From positions 72,757-136,756 of the forward strand of contig JAQQAL010000006.1 in NCBI GenBank assembly GCA_028532855.1: a DNA stretch of 64,000 nucleotides. The letters run 5' to 3'. Origin of the DNA: Candidatus Thalassospirochaeta sargassi (GTDB taxonomy: Bacteria > Spirochaetota > Spirochaetia > UBA9216). Every line of letters starts with the position of its first letter. The first letter of the stretch is position 1. The position numbers and the translations under genes are program-made. Below the pieces are notes generated by a model that had not been told where the DNA came from, did no database searches, and was given only the letters and a program-made list of their open reading frames with translations. Shown here in pieces: positions 58,177-64,000 of this stretch.

Positions 58177-59253
58177 GTGTGCACACTTAGATTTTTAAGC
58201 CGTGCCGCGGAGGGGGTTTTCAATCTTAAGAATAAAAACCCTCTGGCAAGCTTTATCCTGATACGTTTCATCTCAATGGTGATAATCCTGTTTATTCTCG
58301 GTTTCGCGGTCTTCGGTCTTATGTCGCTTGCGCCCGGAGACATTGTTGATCAGTATGCCCAGAAACAGCTGTTTGCAATGACTGAAGGTGCTGATCAGGG
58401 TGATGAGACAATGACTGAACAACAGCTTGCCGAGATAAAAAGACAGCTCGGCCTTGATCTTCCGTTTTACAGGCAATACCTCAGGTGGCTTCATCAGGTT
58501 TTTGTCGAGCATGACCTGGGGACCTCAATGATTAGCCGTGCGCCTATCCTGTTTTTGATTCGCAGCAGGCTTATTAACTCAATCATCCTGAACCTTATTT
58601 CACTGGTTTTTCTTACAGGAATTTCATTCGCCCTGGGAATCTATTTTTCATCAAAGGTCGGCACCAGAACAGATCTTGCGGCAACCTTCATTGCGCTCTT
58701 TCTACATGCTTTTCCGGGACTGCTGCTGCTTATTCTGCTTCAGCTATTTGCTGCGCTTACCAACCTGTTTCCGGTAACCGCCTACCCGGACTTCCCATAC
58801 GCCGAAGCGCCCACGAGGTTTGTATTCAGCTACCTGCATCACATCATCCTGCCGCTTATCGGAGCATTCCTGGGCGGCATAGGCGGTACAATGAGAATGA
58901 TAAGAGCCACTATGCTTGACCAACTTGGTCAGCCCTATATAACAGCACTTCGATCGCGCGGGGTTTCAGAACGGAGGGTTTATTTAAACCATGCCTTTCG
59001 CAACACGCTTAACCCCTATATTACAAGCAGTGCGAATCTGCTGGCAAGCCTTTTTTCAGGCTCGCTGATCCTGGAGATAATATTCTCCTACCCAGGTATA
59101 GGCCGCCTGATGTATGAGGCCGTCAGGCAGGAAGATATAAACCTGGTTCTGGCAAACATCATGTTCATCTCATTTCTGGTTCTAACGGGAATGCTTGTTG
59201 CCGATATTCTTCTGGCGCTTGTTGATCCGCGAATAAGGTACTCAGCCGAATGA
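58177..59253 (+). CDS. ABC transporter permease (OppB/DppB-like)
   Basis: Six TM segments and an EAA-like loop are present. It lies downstream of the SBP. Confidence 0.75.
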   Translation: MCTLRFLSRAAEGVFNLKNKNPLASFILIRFISMVIILFILGFAVFGLMSLAPGDIVDQYAQKQLFAMTEGADQGDETMTEQQLAEIKRQLGLDLPFYRQYLRWLHQVFVEHDLGTSMISRAPILFLIRSRLINSIILNLISLVFLTGISFALGIYFSSKVGTRTDLAATFIALFLHAFPGLLLLILLQLFAALTNLFPVTAYPDFPYAEAPTRFVFSYLHHIILPLIGAFLGGIGGTMRMIRATMLDQLGQPYITALRSRGVSERRVYLNHAFRNTLNPYITSSANLLASLFSGSLILEIIFSYPGIGRLMYEAVRQEDINLVLANIMFISFLVLTGMLVADILLALVDPRIRYSAE

Positions 59254-60326
59254 AAAACTTCTTTTATGCACTGCGCAGACGCCCCGTCGCAATGGCGTCC
59301 TTCATCATTCTTATTATGCTGTATCTGGCTATGGGTCTTGCAGAATTTGTCGCACCCTACAGCCCTGCCGCGAGCTTCCCGGATTACAGCTTCCACCCGC
59401 CGAACACCGGCTGGTACAGCAGTGAACTCGGATTCGGCCCCCAGATACAGGGTTATGCAGTTATTAATGAGGTCACCTGGAAATACGCAAGACTGAAGGG
59501 CGAACACAACCGGATTAGCCTGTTCGAGAAGGGAGAACCCTACAAGCTTTGGGGATTAATTCCTGCCGAGCGTCATCTCTTCGGGGTAGGACCTGATTCG
59601 AAATACCCCCTTTACCTCATGGGCAGCGACAATCTTGGTCGCGATCTGTTTTCCAGAATAATCTACGGCAGCAGAATATCCCTGTCAATCGGCTTTATAG
59701 GAATCTTCATTTCAATGACGCTGGCAATCCTGTTCGGAGGCCTGGCCGGATTCTACGGCGGCTTCGTCGACTGGCTGATCATGAGGGTCTCGGAGTTTTT
59801 TATCCTGATTCCCGGTTTATATCTGATACTGTTTATGCGCTCAATTCTGTCGCGAAACATGGATTCGGGGCAGTCCTATATGATAATTACTGTAATTCTG
59901 TCGTTTGTCGGCTGGCCGGGCAGTGCAAGACTTATCCGCGGAATGGTGCACAGCATCAAACGTGAAGACTTTATTCAGAACGCGATTCTTGAGGGCATAC
60001 CCGCAGTGAGCATTATCTATAAGCAGATTATCCCTCAGATGTCGTCGATTATAATCGTCAGCATAGCACTGGGAATTCCAGGGTTCATCCTCGGTGAGAC
60101 AGCCCTATCCTATCTAGGATTGGGTATTATTGATCCGGCTGTCAGCTGGGGCTCACTGATTAACCGCGATATCTCGACAATAAATAATCTGCGCAATTAC
60201 CCCTGGGTGTTGACCCCGGGGCTATTCCTGCTGGTAACAACCCTTGCCTTCAACTTCATAGGTGATCTGCTGCGCGATGTATTTGATCCCTACTTTAAGG
60301 ACAGACTCAATGCTGGAAGTAAATAA
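59250..60326 (+). CDS. ABC transporter permease (OppC/DppC-like)
   Basis: An N-terminal extension, six TM segments and an ATGA overlap with the previous permease are present. Confidence 0.75.
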   Translation: MKNFFYALRRRPVAMASFIILIMLYLAMGLAEFVAPYSPAASFPDYSFHPPNTGWYSSELGFGPQIQGYAVINEVTWKYARLKGEHNRISLFEKGEPYKLWGLIPAERHLFGVGPDSKYPLYLMGSDNLGRDLFSRIIYGSRISLSIGFIGIFISMTLAILFGGLAGFYGGFVDWLIMRVSEFFILIPGLYLILFMRSILSRNMDSGQSYMIITVILSFVGWPGSARLIRGMVHSIKREDFIQNAILEGIPAVSIIYKQIIPQMSSIIIVSIALGIPGFILGETALSYLGLGIIDPAVSWGSLINRDISTINNLRNYPWVLTPGLFLLVTTLAFNFIGDLLRDVFDPYFKDRLNAGSK

Positions 60327-61287
60327 TCTGAAAGTAGATTTTAATACCCCGCGCGGCCGGCTGCAGGCTGTCAGGGGAGTATCGCTCAGCCTTGCAAAAG
60401 GTGATTTTCTGGGAATTGTAGGTGAAAGCGGCAGTGGAAAAAGTGTTACAGCATCTTCAATAATGAAACTCCTTCCGGCAAACGCTGTCATGAGCGGCAG
60501 CATAATATTAAGCGGTGAAAACCCGCTGGAAATGACGCCTGCCGAACTTAGAGCATTCAGGGGCCGGCGGATTGCGATGATCTTTCAGGAACCGGGCCGC
60601 TCGTTTGATCCGATCTACAATATGAGTAAAACCTTTCTGGAAACCTTTAGAACCCTCAGCCCGGGTATAACCGAGGAAGAATCCGACGCGCGCGCTGTTA
60701 AACTCCTTGAAGAAGTTAATCTGTCAAAGCCGGCAGAGAGACTGGGGAATTTTCCGCATCAGTTCTCAGGAGGCCAGCTGCAGAGGATAATGATTGCCCT
60801 GGCTCTGGCGTCGAACCCGGAACTGCTAATTGCTGATGAACCTACAACAGCCCTCGACGTCACCATTCAGTCAGAGATTGTCGACCTGCTGATGAACCTG
60901 CGAAAAACGCGCGGAATGGCGATAATATTCATCACCCATGATATAGAACTTGTATCTAACATCGCCGACAGGATAATAGTGATGTACAGCGGCCTCGTCA
61001 TGGAAGAGAGCTCGGCTGCTGATATTATGAAAAATCCGATGCACCCATATACTGCCGGGCTTCTGGGCTCACTGCCGACATTCGGGGATCATTACAGCCG
61101 TCGAAAACTCGTTTCAATTCCGGGAGGAATTCCGGATCCTGTTTATCCCGAACCGGGCTGTCCCTTTGAACCGAGATGTCCGTTTGCACGCCCGGAATGC
61201 CGTAACAGAATCCCCGGACTCGATCGCAAGGATGGTAGATACCGATGCGTAATAGACGGAGCAAAGGAGCCGGGCAGGAATGGATAA
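60310..61287 (+). CDS. ABC transporter ATP-binding protein (OppD/DppD-like) with C-terminal oligopeptide-type Cys motif
   Basis: Walker A (GESGSGKS), the signature LSGGQLQRIMIA, Walker B (LLIADEPT) and a C-terminal CPFEPRCPFARPEC are present. The start is set at the ATG at 60310, which follows an AAGGA Shine-Dalgarno. Confidence 0.8.
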   Translation: MLEVNNLKVDFNTPRGRLQAVRGVSLSLAKGDFLGIVGESGSGKSVTASSIMKLLPANAVMSGSIILSGENPLEMTPAELRAFRGRRIAMIFQEPGRSFDPIYNMSKTFLETFRTLSPGITEEESDARAVKLLEEVNLSKPAERLGNFPHQFSGGQLQRIMIALALASNPELLIADEPTTALDVTIQSEIVDLLMNLRKTRGMAIIFITHDIELVSNIADRIIVMYSGLVMEESSAADIMKNPMHPYTAGLLGSLPTFGDHYSRRKLVSIPGGIPDPVYPEPGCPFEPRCPFARPECRNRIPGLDRKDGRYRCVIDGAKEPGRNG

Positions 61288-62266
61288 CATACTTACTTAT
61301 ACTGATGTACATAAACGCTTCAATCTCGAATCAGGACTCTTCTCATCATTTGGAAGATTTGTCTACGCCGCCAACGGAATATCTTTCAAGATAAAACGCG
61401 GAACAACCTACGGTCTTGTAGGGGAATCAGGATGTGGCAAAACGACAACAGCCAGGCTCGGGGTCGGGATGTATCACCATGATGCCGGAAAAATTGTATA
61501 CCGCGGTTCGGATGGCAGCAGTTTCGATTCAGAAAGAATGGAAAAGGCCCAGCTGAAAAAACTCCGGCAGAAAATGAAATACATATTCCAGGATCCGGCA
61601 AAATCACTGAATCCGCGGATGAATATATACCGGATTCTTACATCCGGCTACAGGCATGCGGAATCATGGCCGGGCGAGTCTGAAGCCAGGCGCGAAGCCG
61701 AACAGATAATGCTGGATGTAGGGCTCTCCCCGGGCGACCTTAGTCGAAGACCGACTGATTTTTCCGGCGGGCAGAGACAGCGCATTTCAATTGCCAGGGC
61801 ACTGATTATGAAGCCTGAGTTTATCATCTGTGATGAGGTAGTCTCTGCCCTGGATGTTTCAATCCAGAGTCAGATTCTAAACCTGCTTATGGATATCCGG
61901 GGAAAATACGGTCTTTCAATTCTATTTATAGCCCATGACCTGACTGTTACAAGCTGGTTTTGCGACAGAATCGGGGTGATGTACAGGGGCAGGATTGTTG
62001 AAGAAGCCGCTGCGCAGGATATAGCAGCTGACAGGTTTCATCCCTACACGAGACTGCTGTATGACAGCATTCCATCGAGGATGATGATTCACCGTGATCG
62101 CAAATCAGGAACGGCGGCAGAATTCGATTCTGGCAGGCCGCTGACCGGCTGCCCGTTTGAGCATCGCTGTCCATACAGCGTCCCCCGCTGTACCGAGGAA
62201 GTCCCGGAACTTGAGAAAGTCGGCGACGGCCACCTCAGCGCCTGTTTCAGAAATGGAGAGATTTAG
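61280..62266 (+). CDS. ABC transporter ATP-binding protein (OppF/DppF-like)
   Basis: Walker A (GESGCGKTT), the signature FSGGQRQRISIA, Walker B (FIICDEVVS) and a C-terminal GCPFEHRCPYSVPRC are present. Confidence 0.8.
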   Translation: MDNILTYTDVHKRFNLESGLFSSFGRFVYAANGISFKIKRGTTYGLVGESGCGKTTTARLGVGMYHHDAGKIVYRGSDGSSFDSERMEKAQLKKLRQKMKYIFQDPAKSLNPRMNIYRILTSGYRHAESWPGESEARREAEQIMLDVGLSPGDLSRRPTDFSGGQRQRISIARALIMKPEFIICDEVVSALDVSIQSQILNLLMDIRGKYGLSILFIAHDLTVTSWFCDRIGVMYRGRIVEEAAAQDIAADRFHPYTRLLYDSIPSRMMIHRDRKSGTAAEFDSGRPLTGCPFEHRCPYSVPRCTEEVPELEKVGDGHLSACFRNGEI

Positions 62267-62270
62267 GGCG

Positions 62271-62792
62271 TCAGATTATTCTGACTCTCTCATCAAAACT
62301 CATCTTCTCGCACCTGGGATGCTTTTCAAGGGGCCTGCCTATTGGAATAATAATTCTTACAACGCGGTCATGCCCGAGCCCGCACATCCTGCTGATATCC
62401 GCAGCCCTGTTATCAGTCCGCAGCCAGCCATCCACCCAGACACTGGCGTAACCAAGATCGGCAGCTGCCAGTAAAATATAGGCTACCGCTGCAGCGCAGT
62501 CTTCAATCTCAAAATCGTAATCAAGAAAAATCTTCTCCGGCGCGCAGCTCACGTGTGCGGCTATGAATGCCGGTGCGGTAGACATTGCAGTGCTTCCTCC
62601 GGGCATAGCATTTATTTTAGATACAGTTTCTGGATCTCTTATTATTATAAAGCCTGTCGTCTGCGCGTTTTTTCCCGAAGGAGCATCAAGCCCAGCCTGA
62701 ACGATCTTTCGCAGGTCTTCATCCGACGGCGTTGACGGATCCAGCTTTTTCCGGTAACTGTATCTACTCTTTACTGTTTCAAAAAATTCCAT
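62271..62792 (-). CDS. Nitroreductase family protein
   Basis: VKSRYSYRK (the nitroreductase N-terminal motif) and a C-terminal FMN-binding region are present. The length is 173 aa. Confidence 0.7.
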   Translation of the reverse strand: MEFFETVKSRYSYRKKLDPSTPSDEDLRKIVQAGLDAPSGKNAQTTGFIIIRDPETVSKINAMPGGSTAMSTAPAFIAAHVSCAPEKIFLDYDFEIEDCAAAVAYILLAAADLGYASVWVDGWLRTDNRAADISRMCGLGHDRVVRIIIPIGRPLEKHPRCEKMSFDERVRII

Positions 62793-62907
62793 ATAAGCCT
62801 CCTGTTCACTTAATATATCATAATTGTAAAATGCTGATAGACAGATTTTAGTTATTACTTGTTGTTGAAAATTGATTCTGAGCAGATCTATTAAAAATAC
62901 CAGATCT

Positions 62908-64000
62908 TCATGCCTGATATTTTATCTGATTCTTACCTGCCTTTTTCGCTTCATACAATTTAACATCCGCGGATTTGTATAATTCAGTTAAGGAGTCTTC
63001 CATAGAGGGAACACGACAGATAAATCCACATGATACAGTTAACACATTGGAAAAACCGCTGCATATATTTTTAATATTCAAGCTCATAACGGTTGTTCGA
63101 ATTTTATCCGCATATGCAATAGCGCTTTCAGGTTCAAGACCTGTCGTTATAATAGCAAATTCCTCCCCCCCAATGCGAAATGCATAATCTTCAGGGCGTC
63201 TGCATGAATCATTGAGGGTATTACCAATAATTTTTAAGACTTTGTCTCCTTCAGGATGGCCGTATTTATCGTTATAGGTTTTGAAAGAATCTACGTCGAA
63301 CATGAACAGATTAAAGATCACCCTTTCCCGTCTTGATCGTAAATATTCCTTCTCAAATATCGTGTTAAAATACCGCCTGTTGTACAATCCAGTTAATTCA
63401 TCGGTTACAGCTAATGATTCAAGTTTATTATTCAGGATAATAAGTTTACTCTCTGCTTTGAGCCGTGCCCGATGTTCATGAATTAAATATATCGCATTCA
63501 GTGAAAGCTCTTCATACATCATTAATAGTGTATTAATAAAAGCATTATAATAACAGCTCATTTCCTTATTGGCAAAATTTTCAGCATCTTTTTCACTTGC
63601 ACCGGTTTTTAAAGCTTCAACCATGAGAGACATTCTCTTATCACTGTCTATTATGTGAAATGCCAGCCATTTTATCAGAAAATGAATCAAACTTCCGACT
63701 TCTTCGATAGTGTCACTATTATTGCTTTGATTTTGTATTTCCTTAACTTTCGGCAAAAAAGAATCATGCTGGTTCTTGTGTTCAGTTAGTATAGAAGAAT
63801 CTCTAAAAAACTGCCTCCAGTATTTTTCTTCATCACTAAAATGATATTCTGCATATTCAAAAAGTTGTGTGATGGTTTCTTCTATTTTGATTCTACTGTC
63901 ATCTATCAGTAATTTTCCGAGTTCATTCAGCAAGCCTACCAATCTTTTATGCTGATTATCTATCTTCTCATTTCTGATCTCAAAATTTTTAGACCATGGA
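62908..64000 (-). CDS. Hemerythrin-like domain - GGDEF diguanylate cyclase (5' end beyond the window)
   Basis: The ORF stays open to the window edge. Upstream codons translate as ...WSKNFEIRNEKIDNQHKRLVGLLNEL, the bacteriohemerythrin HHE signature IDxQHKxL. The C-terminal GGDEF domain carries RIGGEEFAII. Confidence 0.65.
   Translation of the reverse strand, partial: PWSKNFEIRNEKIDNQHKRLVGLLNELGKLLIDDSRIKIEETITQLFEYAEYHFSDEEKYWRQFFRDSSILTEHKNQHDSFLPKVKEIQNQSNNSDTIEEVGSLIHFLIKWLAFHIIDSDKRMSLMVEALKTGASEKDAENFANKEMSCYYNAFINTLLMMYEELSLNAIYLIHEHRARLKAESKLIILNNKLESLAVTDELTGLYNRRYFNTIFEKEYLRSRRERVIFNLFMFDVDSFKTYNDKYGHPEGDKVLKIIGNTLNDSCRRPEDYAFRIGGEEFAIITTGLEPESAIAYADKIRTTVMSLNIKNICSGFSNVLTVSCGFICRVPSMEDSLTELYKSADVKLYEAKKAGKNQIKYQA

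Overview
This window looks like an ordinary chromosomal stretch of an anaerobic diderm bacterium, densely packed with about 57 genes. The diderm call rests on an LpxL-type lipid A acyltransferase, an MCP chemoreceptor, several GGDEF proteins and EttA; a Spirochaetota-like origin is only a guess. No rRNA, CRISPR array, transposase or integrase is visible. One tRNA, tRNA-Arg(CCG) on the minus strand at 20855-20928, was found by eye.

Gene content from start to end:
- Two convergent acyltransferases (PlsC-like with a zinc ribbon; LpxL-like) and an M23 peptidase.
- A four-gene cluster for 4-aminobutyrate (GABA) fermentation, matching the Clostridium aminobutyricum pathway: gabT, abfD, abfT and an Fe-type 4-hydroxybutyrate dehydrogenase.
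- A split B12-dependent methionine synthase (short MetH plus a separate reactivation-domain protein), a sodium:solute symporter, and tandem MoeA paralogues, one fused to a PBP-like domain.
- An MCP translationally coupled to a sensor-less HisKA_2 kinase.
- Housekeeping genes: rhomboid, prfA-prmC, rel/spoT, trmJ-like, CaCA exchanger, ychF, ettA, slyD, marR, lon, pncA, polB (family B DNA polymerase II), fadD-like ligase, and an Opp/Dpp-type ABC transporter.
- A DUF1007 + NicO nickel/cobalt transporter pair.
- An operon of a ferredoxin-fused aldo/keto reductase, an MFS transporter and an acidic hypothetical protein.
- Two c-di-GMP cyclases: TPR-GAF-GGDEF, and hemerythrin-GGDEF (truncated at the window end).
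- A large lipoprotein M16 peptidase.

The most unusual loci are:
- A ThiF/MoeB-type E1 next to a radical SAM protein with a non-canonical CX4CX2C cluster motif, plus a small Cys-rich ORF.
- A two-gene operon encoding a protein with an N-terminal IDDTD motif (reminiscent of the archaeal TiaS kinase domain) and a glyoxalase-II-like MBL hydrolase, divergent from the ABC transporter.
- A roughly 726-nt non-coding gap ending in three tandem 31-bp hairpin repeats that overlap the 3' end of the 4-hydroxybutyrate dehydrogenase gene.

All assignments come from motif recognition by eye; no database searches were run.
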